NCBI GenBank assembly: GCA_048571215.1
Contig: CP182352.1
Location: 2,944,001 to 3,008,000, forward strand
DNA from: Halarcobacter sp.
GTDB taxonomy: Bacteria > Campylobacterota > Campylobacteria > Campylobacterales > Arcobacteraceae
DNA: 64,000 nucleotides
Direction of reading: 5' to 3'
Both the position numbers and the translations under genes were made by a program. Below the pieces are notes generated by a model. That model saw only the letters and a list, made by a program, of their open reading frames with translations. It did no database searches and was not told the DNA's origin. Positions 49,821 to 59,352 of this stretch are shown here, one piece after another. Every line of letters begins with the position of its first letter. The first letter of the stretch is position 1.

Positions 49821-51152
49821 TTATTTATTGAATACTCTGTTAAAAATAGCATCTACATTTTTTGTGTAATAATCGAAATTAAAACACTCTCTAATTTGTT
49901 CTTCACTTAATTTTGCTCTTAAATCCTCATCTGATAATAGATGTCCTAAATATAAAGACTCCCCTTTATCATTTGTAGTAGGTTTCCCTTGTTGGATCTC
50001 TTCCCAAACTTTCATTGCATTTCTTTGTACAATTTTATAAGCATCTTCTCTACTTACACCAGCTTTTGGAAGTTCTAATAAAACCCTTTGAGAAAATACC
50101 AAACCACCAGTTTGGTTTAGATTTTTCATCATATTTTCTGGCATAACTGTTAAGTTTGCAATTACACTGTTCATTCTATGAAGCATAAAGTCTGCTGTGA
50201 TAAAGGCATCAGGTAACCAAAATCTTTCAGTAGAAGAGTGAGAGATATCTCTTTCATGCCACAATGCTACATTTTCCATTGCAGGTGTTGCATAAGCTCT
50301 AATCATTCTAGCAAGACCTGTAATATTTTCTGTTAAAACAGGATTTCTTTTATGTGGCATTGCAGAAGATCCTTTTTGACCTTTAGCAAAAAACTCTTCA
50401 GCTTCATAAACTTCTGTTCTTTGTAGGTGTCTAACTTGTACTGCAAACTTCTCAATTGAAGAAGCCATTGTTGCTAATGCTGTTGCAAGTCTCGCATATC
50501 TATCCCTATGAACTACTTGATTTGAACAAGGCTCAGGTTTTAATCCTAATTCAGCCATTGCAAACTCTTCAAGTTCTAAAGGAGCGTGAGCAAAGTTACC
50601 CATAGCACCAGAAATTTGTCCCACAGCAATAACATCCATAGTTTGTTCTAAATTTAATAAATGTCTTGACATCTCATCATACCAAACAGCTAATGTTAAA
50701 CCAAAAGTGATAGGCTCACCATGAATACCATGGCTTCTTCCTACCATAAGGGTCGTTTTATGTTCATTTGCTCTTTTTTTGATAGATTCCATTAACATTT
50801 TTACATCATCTATAATAATCTTAAGGGAATCTCTCATTTGTAGTGCAACACCTGTATCAACAGCATCTGAACTTGTCATACCATAATGAAACCATCTTGA
50901 TTCTTCACCAAGTGATTCTGATACACTTGTGTTAAATGCAATCAAATCGTGTTTTGTAATCGCTTCTATCTCTTCTATTCTTTCAACTGAAAAAGTTGCA
51001 TTTTTAACAATCTTCTCACAATCTTCATCAGGGATAAGCCCTAGCTTATTCCATGCTTTTACAGCTGCTTTTTCAACCTCAAGCCACGCAGCATATCTTG
51101 CATGTTGTGTCCAATGTTGTGTCATCTCTTCTCTGGCATATCTCTCAACCAT
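49821..51152 (-). CDS. purB: Adenylosuccinate lyase
   Basis: MVERY, HYGMTSSD, GRSHG, GSSAMPHKRNP. Confidence 0.97.
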   Translation of the reverse strand: MVERYAREEMTQHWTQHARYAAWLEVEKAAVKAWNKLGLIPDEDCEKIVKNATFSVERIEEIEAITKHDLIAFNTSVSESLGEESRWFHYGMTSSDAVDTGVALQMRDSLKIIIDDVKMLMESIKKRANEHKTTLMVGRSHGIHGEPITFGLTLAVWYDEMSRHLLNLEQTMDVIAVGQISGAMGNFAHAPLELEEFAMAELGLKPEPCSNQVVHRDRYARLATALATMASSIEKFAVQVRHLQRTEVYEAEEFFAKGQKGSSAMPHKRNPVLTENITGLARMIRAYATPAMENVALWHERDISHSSTERFWLPDAFITADFMLHRMNSVIANLTVMPENMMKNLNQTGGLVFSQRVLLELPKAGVSREDAYKIVQRNAMKVWEEIQQGKPTTNDKGESLYLGHLLSDEDLRAKLSEEQIRECFNFDYYTKNVDAIFNRVFNK

Positions 51153-51287
51153 TTAAAAATCCCTTATAATCGTTTTTCTTTAAAATTTATGCAAATATTT
51201 ACTATTTTTTTGTATGATATGCTATCTAATTTAGACAAAAACTATGTTTAAATTTTTGTAACTTTTGTATTGTTTTTAGGAAATAAA

Positions 51288-52190
51288 TTGCCATTCATAT
51301 TAAAAAAATTTTCAGCCCCAAAAGGGAAAAAAATTCAACTTTTTTTACTTCAAGACTTAGGCTATAAGCCCGCTGTAGCGCATCGTTTAATAAGTAGAGG
51401 AAGGGTTTTTGATTCCTTACAAATTTCATATGAAATATCACAAGAAATAAAAGATGATTTCATCTATATAGGTCTATTTGAAGGGCATACAAGAGGTTTA
51501 AAACCTTTGCTTATTTTTGAAGATTTTGCTATTTTTGATAAGCCTTCAAATCTAATGATTCATCCAAATTCAAAGTCAACTGAATATTCACTTTTAGATG
51601 AAATAAGATATCACCTAGGTGAAACAGCAAATCAAGCTCATAGAATAGATGCCGAGACATCAGGACTTGTTTTAGTAGGGAAAAATGAGAAAGTTACTAA
51701 AGCTTTAGCAACTATGTTTGAAAAAAAAGAATATAAAAAATCTTATTTAGCAATAGTTGAAGGAAAAATTGAAAATACTACTCAAATAGATAAAAACCTA
51801 AAAAAAGAGGGAAAAGCAATAGGTGTTAGGATGTGTGTATGTGATAACAATGAAGGGAAACAATCAACTACAATAATAAAACCTATAAAATACAATAAAC
51901 AAAAAGACCTAAGTCTTGTTGAACTAATCCCAATCACAGGAAGACAACACCAACTAAGAGTACATATGTACTTCTTAGGGCATAAAATACTAGGGGATCC
52001 TATATATGGGGTAGATGATATAGAAGCAGAAGCCTACCTTAATAAGACACAATCTAAAGAGAATAGAGAATTAGCAAGTAACTCTTATAGATTGTGGCTT
52101 CATGCTAACTATTTAGAGTTTAGCTATCAAAATGTAATATATAAGATATATTCAAAGAATAAAGCTCTTTATGAAGAGTTTTATTCTTAA
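51288..52190 (+). CDS. RluA-family pseudouridine synthase
   Basis: DKPS, HRIDAETSG, TGRQHQLRVH, GDPIYG; TTG after AGGA. Confidence 0.9.
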   Translation: MPFILKKFSAPKGKKIQLFLLQDLGYKPAVAHRLISRGRVFDSLQISYEISQEIKDDFIYIGLFEGHTRGLKPLLIFEDFAIFDKPSNLMIHPNSKSTEYSLLDEIRYHLGETANQAHRIDAETSGLVLVGKNEKVTKALATMFEKKEYKKSYLAIVEGKIENTTQIDKNLKKEGKAIGVRMCVCDNNEGKQSTTIIKPIKYNKQKDLSLVELIPITGRQHQLRVHMYFLGHKILGDPIYGVDDIEAEAYLNKTQSKENRELASNSYRLWLHANYLEFSYQNVIYKIYSKNKALYEEFYS

Positions 52191-52507
52191 GATGCTAAAT
52201 CACACTGAAAACAGTTTGTGATGTCTCTACACGTTGAACAAGCAGGTGCAGTCTTCCCTATACAATCATAAAGATATTTTTTCCATCTAATACTATCTGG
52301 TTTTAATTTAGCTAAAGAAGAGAAGTTATTTGTCATAAATCTACTCATCTCTTTTCTACTAATTAAACCTAAATCTGAATACAAGTGTCCCATTCGTAAT
52401 GATGTTTTAGCAATCCATGGGGCAAGTGTGCCTTTGGCATAATCATCATTTGCATGGTTTTGCAATAAATCTAATACTTCTGTTTCCATAATTTCAAAAT
52501 TACTCAT
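52187..52507 (-). CDS. nifQ: NifQ molybdenum donor (short, C-terminal-domain form)
   Basis: HLYSDLGL, RWKKYLY, PACSTC..CF. Confidence 0.8.
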   Translation of the reverse strand: MSNFEIMETEVLDLLQNHANDDYAKGTLAPWIAKTSLRMGHLYSDLGLISRKEMSRFMTNNFSSLAKLKPDSIRWKKYLYDCIGKTAPACSTCRDITNCFQCDLAS

Positions 52508-52518
52508 AATTCTCTCCT

Positions 52519-53514
52519 TTATTCCACATCACAAAATTCAAGTGACAATGTTTTTGGTTTTTCAACTGAATTGTTATTTAAAATATAAAGATTTTTCAAA
52601 CTCTTTAGATTTTCTATAGAGTCTGGTAAAGAATCCAAACTATTATCCTCAACATCTAATTCTTCTAATTTTTGCAACTGACCAATGTTTTCAGGCAAAG
52701 ATTCTAAACAATTAGCACTTACACTTAGGCTTGTTAAGTTTTTAAGTTTACAAATCTCTTCTGGTAGAGTTTTTAGCTCATTATTATCCAAAATCAATAT
52801 TTTTAAATCTTCCAATTTACTGACATTAAAGTCCAATGAGGTCAAAGAGTTATCACTCAAATCAAGTTTTATCAACATATCATGAGACTCTAATGACGGT
52901 AAATTTTGTAGATGATTACCCTCTAGCAACAGTGTTTCAAGCTCTTCAATCGCAGAGATTGATTTAGGCAAATATTTCAAATTATTAAATGAAAAATCTA
53001 CATAATATAAAGTATTCATCTTAGAAAATGCATCAGGTAACTCATTTAATTCATTTGTATCAAAAGATAAATACAATAATTTATTTAGCTTTTCCAAGCC
53101 CATAGACAAAGATTCAATTTTATTTGCAGCAACGGTAAGTCTAGTTAAGTTTGTCAGATTATAAATCTCTTCAGGAAGGGTTTTTAATCTATTTCCATTT
53201 AGATTTAAAATCATCAACTTTGATAGATTACCAATAGTTGAGGGAATCTCTTCTAAAAGATTATTTTCACATTGAAGATTTTTTAAATTTTTAAGTTCCC
53301 CAATAGCTTTTGGCAAAATTTTTAGTCTATTATTTGATAATTTTAGAACTGAAAGGTTTTTTAATACCCCAAAAGATTCAGGTAACTCCCTAATCTTCTT
53401 TTTTGATAAATCTAAATGGGTCATCATATTAATATCATCTATATGTGTTGAAATTGTGGAAGTTAATCCAGCTGATTTAACCCATCTAATAAAATTCTCA
53501 ATATCATTACTCAT
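52519..53514 (-). CDS. Leucine-rich repeat protein
   Basis: About 12 repeats of 22-23 aa, LxxLxLxxNxLxxLPxxIxxL. Confidence 0.92.
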   Translation of the reverse strand: MSNDIENFIRWVKSAGLTSTISTHIDDINMMTHLDLSKKKIRELPESFGVLKNLSVLKLSNNRLKILPKAIGELKNLKNLQCENNLLEEIPSTIGNLSKLMILNLNGNRLKTLPEEIYNLTNLTRLTVAANKIESLSMGLEKLNKLLYLSFDTNELNELPDAFSKMNTLYYVDFSFNNLKYLPKSISAIEELETLLLEGNHLQNLPSLESHDMLIKLDLSDNSLTSLDFNVSKLEDLKILILDNNELKTLPEEICKLKNLTSLSVSANCLESLPENIGQLQKLEELDVEDNSLDSLPDSIENLKSLKNLYILNNNSVEKPKTLSLEFCDVE

Positions 53515-53515
53515 A

Positions 53516-53758
53516 TTAACCCTTTAACCTATCATTCATTGCATCTATTAAAAAAGATATCTCTTCATAATCAACAAAACCAAAATCAACCATATTGTAC
53601 AATGCCATTAAAGGCTTTCTACAACAAGTCTTATTACATCCTGTAACTAATTTTTTAGCTTTCTTATAAGGAAGATCTGTTTGTTGAAATATTTCAACAG
53701 CATCTTGAATGGTTTTTTCTCCACATTCACATATTTGCTTATTTTTAAAATCTTCCAT
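53516..53758 (-). CDS. BFD-like [2Fe-2S] protein
   Basis: ICEC...GCNKTCC Cys pattern. Confidence 0.6.
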   Translation of the reverse strand: MEDFKNKQICECGEKTIQDAVEIFQQTDLPYKKAKKLVTGCNKTCCRKPLMALYNMVDFGFVDYEEISFLIDAMNDRLKG

Positions 53759-53768
53759 TATATTGTGC

Positions 53769-53978
53769 TTATTTTAAGTAAGGGTGTTTTTCTTTAAATG
53801 CTGTAACATCTTCCATAGCAAGTGCAATTTTTTCACTTAATTCTGGAAGTTTAACATAATCAGTCCAGATTGTATCTTCAACAATATCATGAACAGTACC
53901 TGCTAATTCAACAACCTTTCTTTTATATTTTGCTAATTCTTTTTTAGCTTCTTTTTGCTCTTCTGTTAATCCAGCCAT
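53769..53978 (-). CDS. Rop-like nif-associated protein (CCE_0567/DUF683-like)
   Basis: Helical hairpin with VHDIVED..W..LPE. Confidence 0.6.
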   Translation of the reverse strand: MAGLTEEQKEAKKELAKYKRKVVELAGTVHDIVEDTIWTDYVKLPELSEKIALAMEDVTAFKEKHPYLK

Positions 53979-53994
53979 ATATTTCTCCTTTTTT

Positions 53995-54801
53995 TTAAAT
54001 TGCGTATAGATTTTCCAACTTTAAATGGGGTTTTTCTCCCAAATACAAAAGTTTGAAATTTGATTCTTTTTTAAACTTATAGCTCTCATAAAGTTCTGTT
54101 ATTTCATTTACACCTTTTGGAGCATAGGCAAATATCTTTTTTAATCCTCTATAATACAAAACACCTCTTAAAAGCTTCTCAGCATCCAGATAAGATTCAC
54201 TTTGCATAAGCCAAGGAGATATTCGTATATATCTTTTATTTACAACATAAGAGTGTAAAAATCCTGTTTGAGTAGATAGTTTTAAAGAGTTAGAAAAGGT
54301 ACAATCTTTTTTTATGTAATCCTCTCTATTATCTAAGAAAACCTCTTTATCAATTCTTTTAGAAACATTTTCATAATCTTCCCCACTTACCTGCTTTGCA
54401 ATAGAGTTAGAAAAATTAAAAGCAACCGCTTCTCCACTATGCAAAAACCTAATAAAAGATGAGTGCTCTTTAAAATTAAATGGTTCAAAATATGAAACTA
54501 AAGAGTTTTCCACAACTACATAGATATTCATTGTTCTTGAGTTTTGTATTAAAAGTTTTATCAATCTAATCAAAACATCTTTATGTGCTTTCATAGCACT
54601 AAGTACATTTATAAAAATATGTTTTTCGAATTCATAAGCACTAATAACTCCAACCACTTTCCCACTTTCATATGCAGCAAAACAGTATTGAGGATAGATT
54701 TCATAGGTCTTCTTTAATAGTTCAAGCTCAAAAAGCGTATCACTTTCAAGAAGATCTGAAATCTCTTCTTCGAAATTATTTCTTAAATATCCAACGAACA
54801 T
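53995..54801 (-). CDS. GNAT-fold-like hypothetical protein
   Basis: CFAAYESGKVVGVISAY, IRISPW, ELYESYKF; overlaps the nifV 3' end. Confidence 0.5.
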   Translation of the reverse strand: MFVGYLRNNFEEEISDLLESDTLFELELLKKTYEIYPQYCFAAYESGKVVGVISAYEFEKHIFINVLSAMKAHKDVLIRLIKLLIQNSRTMNIYVVVENSLVSYFEPFNFKEHSSFIRFLHSGEAVAFNFSNSIAKQVSGEDYENVSKRIDKEVFLDNREDYIKKDCTFSNSLKLSTQTGFLHSYVVNKRYIRISPWLMQSESYLDAEKLLRGVLYYRGLKKIFAYAPKGVNEITELYESYKFKKESNFKLLYLGEKPHLKLENLYAI

Positions 54802-55898
54802 AAGTATAACTCTTTTAATTCAGTACTATTTAGCACTTTTTTTCTTTTTGTTACAATCTCTCTAACCAATGGCAAAAGTTTTTGTAAGATATCTTTATCA
54901 GGTGTTATTCCCATTGCTTGTAAATGAAAAAGTAAAGTAGATGTTCCCGAATGTTTCCCTATAGGAAATTGTCGTTTCAATCCAACCTCAGCAGGAGTAA
55001 ATGGTTCATATGAAGATTTTGATTTCATCATACCATTTACATGAATTCCAGATTCATGAGAAAAAATATACTCTCCTACTATTGGAAGATTTGTATCTAT
55101 TCTTCTATTTGATGCTTGACTAACCAGCTTGATTAGTTTTTTAAGCTTTTTAGAATCTAAATCAACTTTTTTGCCAAACAATCTTGTTAAGCTCATTAAA
55201 ACCTGCTCAAATGATGCATTGCCCGCGCGCTCACCCAATCCAATTACTGTTGTATTTGCACTAACTGCTCCAGCTTCATATCCTGAAATTGCATTTGCAG
55301 TAGCCATTCCGAAATCGTTATGTGTATGCATCTCAATATCTAGCAGGTTTAATGAACTTAATTTTTTAATATTTTCATATGTTTTATGTGGTGTTAAAAT
55401 ACCAACTGTATCACAGTATCTAAATCTATCAGCACCTAAACTTTTCCCAAGACTCATAACCTCTTGTAAAAAACCTAAATCTGCTCTAGATGAATCTTCT
55501 CCTCCAATGCAAACAAAAAGATTCTCTTTTTTAGCTTGGGTTACTACAGTTTCAAGCTGTTTTAAAAGTCTATGTTTATCACCTTTAAATTTTACATCTA
55601 TTAAAATATCAGATACGGGAATTGATAAGTCAACTGCTTTTAATCCACAGTTCATAGAGGCTTCTAAGTCATTTAAAGTAGCCCTATTCCAACTCATAAT
55701 TCTAATTGGTAAATTAAGTGCTAAAATCTCTTTTAAATCATCCTGCTCTTTTTTACCCATAGCAGGAATTCCAACTTCAAGTTCATCTGCACCAACTTCA
55801 TAAAGTTTTTGTGCAATTTTAAGTTTCTCTTTTGTGTTAAAAGCAACATATGGAGCTTGCTCCCCATCTCTTAAAGTTGTGTCGTTTATAAGAAACAT
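54783..55898 (-). CDS. nifV: Homocitrate synthase
   Basis: DTTLRDGEQAP, ELEVGIP, GGEDSSRAD, HTHNDFGMATAN, HESGIH; nif context. Confidence 0.92.
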   Translation of the reverse strand: MFLINDTTLRDGEQAPYVAFNTKEKLKIAQKLYEVGADELEVGIPAMGKKEQDDLKEILALNLPIRIMSWNRATLNDLEASMNCGLKAVDLSIPVSDILIDVKFKGDKHRLLKQLETVVTQAKKENLFVCIGGEDSSRADLGFLQEVMSLGKSLGADRFRYCDTVGILTPHKTYENIKKLSSLNLLDIEMHTHNDFGMATANAISGYEAGAVSANTTVIGLGERAGNASFEQVLMSLTRLFGKKVDLDSKKLKKLIKLVSQASNRRIDTNLPIVGEYIFSHESGIHVNGMMKSKSSYEPFTPAEVGLKRQFPIGKHSGTSTLLFHLQAMGITPDKDILQKLLPLVREIVTKRKKVLNSTELKELYLCSLDI

Positions 55899-55935
55899 CT
55901 TAATTACCTTTTAATTAGATTATATATATCTAAGA

Positions 55936-55951
55936 TGCAAAATTTATTCCG
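55936..55951 (-). promoter_or_regulatory. Sigma54 (-24/-12) promoter of nifV
   Basis: CGGAATAAATTTTGCA (GG-N10-GC). Confidence 0.65.
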
Positions 55952-55967
55952 TTGATTGTTTTAGGTT

Positions 55968-56249
55968 CTAAATAAACTCAATTTCAGGGCAATGAATATT
56001 TTTCATATCCTCTTGAACTAAAGATTCATAGGCATATAAAAAGCAACATGGCCTATCTTTTATTGTTTTTTCTACTTGCCAGAAATATTCTAAATCTTTT
56101 ATGATATATATTTTATCTGCTCTTAAAGATTTAAGTGGAAAACCAATAGCCCCATGGCAAGTTGTAACGGGATACAGTTCCAATAACTCATTATTGATAG
56201 AGATTGGACCATTACCTTTTAGTAGTATTATTGTAGGTTTAGTTTTCAT
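55968..56249 (-). CDS. Hypothetical protein (93 aa)
   Basis: ORF filling the nifB-nifV gap; no clear SD. Confidence 0.6.
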   Translation of the reverse strand: MKTKPTIILLKGNGPISINNELLELYPVTTCHGAIGFPLKSLRADKIYIIKDLEYFWQVEKTIKDRPCCFLYAYESLVQEDMKNIHCPEIEFI

Positions 56250-56261
56250 AATTGTACAAAA

Positions 56262-56281
56262 AGTTAGGGTTTACCCTAACT
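56262..56281 (-). terminator. Intrinsic terminator overlapping the nifB stop
   Basis: Minus strand AGTTAGGG-TAAA-CCCTAACT followed by TTTT. Confidence 0.6.
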
Positions 56282-57719
56282 CTTGTTCAGTTTTTTCTTC
56301 TTTTGCGAAGAAATATTTTTGAGCTGCTGCAAAAACTGATTTTTCGATTGGTTGAAGTGCATAAGAATCATCTGAAATCAGATTGATTTGTGCCAATTCA
56401 TCTTGAGGACATCCTCCAATTTTTTCTGTTAAAAGAATATCAACATCTTTTAAAGTGTTTTTAATCTCTTCAATAGGATAAGAACCATCACAATCCTCAG
56501 GTCCTTTACAATATGCATTTTCAACTTTTCTATGCATTACAAATTTAAGAGCTTGATCACCAACCTCATAGATTAGGAATTCAGTTGCATTACCAAAGTG
56601 TAAGTTAACAGTTCCCTCACCAGCAGTGGTAACAGCAACAAGTTTTGTTTCACCAGTTGAACTTAATTGTTCTTTAGTAGCTTGTTCAATCTTAATTCTA
56701 TCATTTGCTTTTTCTAAAGCAGCTCTCCAGTTTTCAATAACTTCATGTTTTTGCTTTCTTGCTTCAATATTGTATTGATCTTCTAAAGCTTCCCAAGTCA
56801 TATCTTGGAATACATCAGGAGAAAACTCTTCCCCTCTATCTTCACCAATAAGTCCTACAGCATCAGCACGACATTGTCTACAGTGACTCATTAGTTTCAT
56901 ATCCATACCACAGGCTTCTTGCGCAGCCATAACCTCTTGGTCAGTTGCACTTCTTTGTCCATTTAATCCATAATATGTACCATATTCTTCTTTTGAAAGT
57001 AGTGGCATAATATTATGTAAAAATACACCTAACTCTTTTAGTTTTTTTGCAACATTAGGTAGTTCTTGGTCATTTACACCAGGGATAAGTACTGAGTTAG
57101 CTTTTACTAAGATTCCTCTTTCAACTAACATCTTAATACCTTTTAGTTGTTGTTCTAAAAGAATTTTTGCACCTTCGGCTCCAAATACTTTTTTGTGATT
57201 CCAGTGTATCCATGGATAAATTTTAGCTCCAATTTCACCACTTTCATCAACTGAATTAATTGTAACAGTAACGTGGTCAACATTATATTTAACCATCTCA
57301 TCAACATAATCTGGAAGTCTTAATCCATTTGTTGATAAACAAAGTTTTTGATCAGGTGCTTTTTCATGTAACATTCTAAAGGTATCAAATGTTTTTTTAG
57401 GATTTGCAAGGGCATCACCAGGACCTGCAATACCTACAACTGATAGTTGTTGAATATCTCCACCTACATATAATACTTTTTTAACAGCATCTTCTGGACT
57501 TAACTTATTTGAAGTAACACCAGGTCTTGACTCATTTGAACAGTCAAATTTTCTGTTACAATAGTTACATTGAATATTACATGCAGGAGCAACAGCAACA
57601 TGAATTCTAGCGTAGTGTTGGTGTGCACCTTCACTATAACATGGATGGTTATTGATTTTATCCATCACCTCTTGTTGTAATTCCTCTTGTGTACTACTTG
57701 ATGTACAAGAACAGCTCAT
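56271..57719 (-). CDS. nifB: Nitrogenase cofactor biosynthesis radical SAM protein NifB (with NifX-like C-domain)
   Basis: HPCYS, CNIQCNYCNRK, ESRPG, AGPGDALAN, HCRQCRADA; AAGGAG before the ATG at 57719. Confidence 0.97.
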   Translation of the reverse strand: MSCSCTSSSTQEELQQEVMDKINNHPCYSEGAHQHYARIHVAVAPACNIQCNYCNRKFDCSNESRPGVTSNKLSPEDAVKKVLYVGGDIQQLSVVGIAGPGDALANPKKTFDTFRMLHEKAPDQKLCLSTNGLRLPDYVDEMVKYNVDHVTVTINSVDESGEIGAKIYPWIHWNHKKVFGAEGAKILLEQQLKGIKMLVERGILVKANSVLIPGVNDQELPNVAKKLKELGVFLHNIMPLLSKEEYGTYYGLNGQRSATDQEVMAAQEACGMDMKLMSHCRQCRADAVGLIGEDRGEEFSPDVFQDMTWEALEDQYNIEARKQKHEVIENWRAALEKANDRIKIEQATKEQLSSTGETKLVAVTTAGEGTVNLHFGNATEFLIYEVGDQALKFVMHRKVENAYCKGPEDCDGSYPIEEIKNTLKDVDILLTEKIGGCPQDELAQINLISDDSYALQPIEKSVFAAAQKYFFAKEEKTEQELG

Positions 57720-57755
57720 AGTATCTCCTTTTTTTTCTTTTATACCCAAGCTTTA

Positions 57756-57771
57756 TGCATATAGTGTTCCA
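57756..57771 (-). promoter_or_regulatory. Sigma54 promoter of nifB
   Basis: TGGAACACTATATGCA (GG-N10-GC). Confidence 0.75.
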
Positions 57772-57792
57772 CAGAAATTTTGTTAATATATT

Positions 57793-57808
57793 AGGAATAG
57801 AAAATGCA
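57793..57808 (+). promoter_or_regulatory. Sigma54-like promoter of the divergent 61-aa gene
   Basis: AGGAATAGAAAATGCA (GG-N10-GC). Confidence 0.55.
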
Positions 57809-57837
57809 TAGAATAGGAAAATATAGGAGAGATTAAA

Positions 57838-58023
57838 ATGAATATTCAAGAAGAGATTAAAGCACAGTTACTTAAAGAACTATTTTCAAACATAGATAAT
57901 ATATACGATTTTATGGATGCTAGATATAATTTAGATAAACCCTGTGAAGATGCAATTGTTAAAAAACTAAATGAGCTTAAAGATGTAGTTTACAAGGTTT
58001 CAGGTCTTAGTGAGTTGTCTTAA
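57838..58023 (+). CDS. Small helical hypothetical protein (61 aa)
   Basis: AGGAG SD; own sigma54-like promoter. Confidence 0.75.
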   Translation: MNIQEEIKAQLLKELFSNIDNIYDFMDARYNLDKPCEDAIVKKLNELKDVVYKVSGLSELS

Positions 58024-58109
58024 AATTAACTGGTGATGAGTATAAACATTTAGTTTTAGTCAAAGTACTGTAGTTAAATATACCCATCACCACTTAATTC
58101 ATATCACAA

Positions 58110-59351
58110 TCAATTCATTGTCATCTCAATCATTTTACCATTTAAAATTTCTGAAAATTCAACCCCATAGTTATAACACTCTTTTAACTCATTTTTTGTA
58201 GGAATTAGTTTTATCTTCATTGGATCTAATGGGGGAACTCTAAAGTTTAGAGATTTTAATCTATGAATAATCATATCCACAGCTTCGCCACTCCAACCAT
58301 AACTTCCAAAGGCACCACCTGTTTTACCCCTTTTTTCTAAGTACATCATACAAGATAGTAAATCCCAAACCGGTTTTGGTGCATCAGCGTTAATTGTAGG
58401 AGTACCTATTAGCACCCCATGACTCTCTTCAAGGATATTTATCATATTTTGTTCATCAATTGAAGCCAAATCATACACATTTGCAATAATACCATCTACA
58501 CTTTCAGCACCTTCAAAAATAGCTTCTGCCATATCTTTTGTGTTTTTGTAACTAGTTAAATAAAAAATAGATAAAACTTTGTTACCATGGGAAGTGTCTT
58601 GATAATCACTTTGACTCCATTTACGATAATATTCAAGATATTTATAAGGTTTTTGTCTTAAAATTGGACCATGAAGTGGTGCAATTATCTCAATATCCAA
58701 TTTATCATAGAGTTTTAAAGCATTTAAAACATAAGATTTAAAAGGTCTCATAATATGGTCATAATAGTATTTAAAAGCATAAAAGAAATCACTAACTTGA
58801 TCATCAAATAATCTTCTATCGTGATAATGACTTCCAAAAACATCTCCAGAAAATAAAAGACTATCTTCAACTATATATGAACTCATTGTTTCAGGCCAAT
58901 GTAAATAAGGAGTTGTTAAAAACTTGATTGTTTTATTTCCCAAAGTTATACTTTTATTTGTCCATACAGTTTCAAACTCAATATTATCTCTTTGGGTAAT
59001 TGCTTTTAACATAGCACTTGCTTGTGGAGAGATTAAAACTTTTACATCACTAGGAACTCTATTCATAAGCTCAGGAATTGCTCCTGCATGGTCTGGTTCT
59101 AGATGATGCAATACCACATACTTAATCTCATCATAAGAACATAAAGCTTCAATTTTTTTAAAAAACTCTTCTTGAAACTCTATTTTAACAGTATCAACGA
59201 TTATGACACCCTCATCAGTCTTTATCAAATAAGCATTATATGAAGATCCATTTGCAGTCTTCATAATGATATCAAAAGTTCTAATATCAGGGTCAAAGGC
59301 ACCTATAAAATAAATATCAGGTGCTATCTCTATAGGTTTGTTTGTGTCCAT
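58110..59351 (-). CDS. fprA: Class A flavodiiron protein (FprA-type O2/NO reductase)
   Basis: SYNAYLI, HLEPDH, HWPE, SGDVFG, PLHG; flavodoxin domain with FGSYGWSG. Confidence 0.9.
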   Translation of the reverse strand: MDTNKPIEIAPDIYFIGAFDPDIRTFDIIMKTANGSSYNAYLIKTDEGVIIVDTVKIEFQEEFFKKIEALCSYDEIKYVVLHHLEPDHAGAIPELMNRVPSDVKVLISPQASAMLKAITQRDNIEFETVWTNKSITLGNKTIKFLTTPYLHWPETMSSYIVEDSLLFSGDVFGSHYHDRRLFDDQVSDFFYAFKYYYDHIMRPFKSYVLNALKLYDKLDIEIIAPLHGPILRQKPYKYLEYYRKWSQSDYQDTSHGNKVLSIFYLTSYKNTKDMAEAIFEGAESVDGIIANVYDLASIDEQNMINILEESHGVLIGTPTINADAPKPVWDLLSCMMYLEKRGKTGGAFGSYGWSGEAVDMIIHRLKSLNFRVPPLDPMKIKLIPTKNELKECYNYGVEFSEILNGKMIEMTMN

Positions 59352-59352
59352 T

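Noticed and set aside
54001..54017. TGGAAAATCTATACGCA before the Rop-like gene as an internal sigma54 promoter
   Set aside because: The GG-GC spacing is 11 nt rather than the required 10
55129..55803. 224-aa plus-strand ORF, and similar antisense ORFs at 4197, 6321, 16039, 20655, 24715, 35164 and 42043
   Set aside because: Codon-mirror shadows lying opposite well-supported genes
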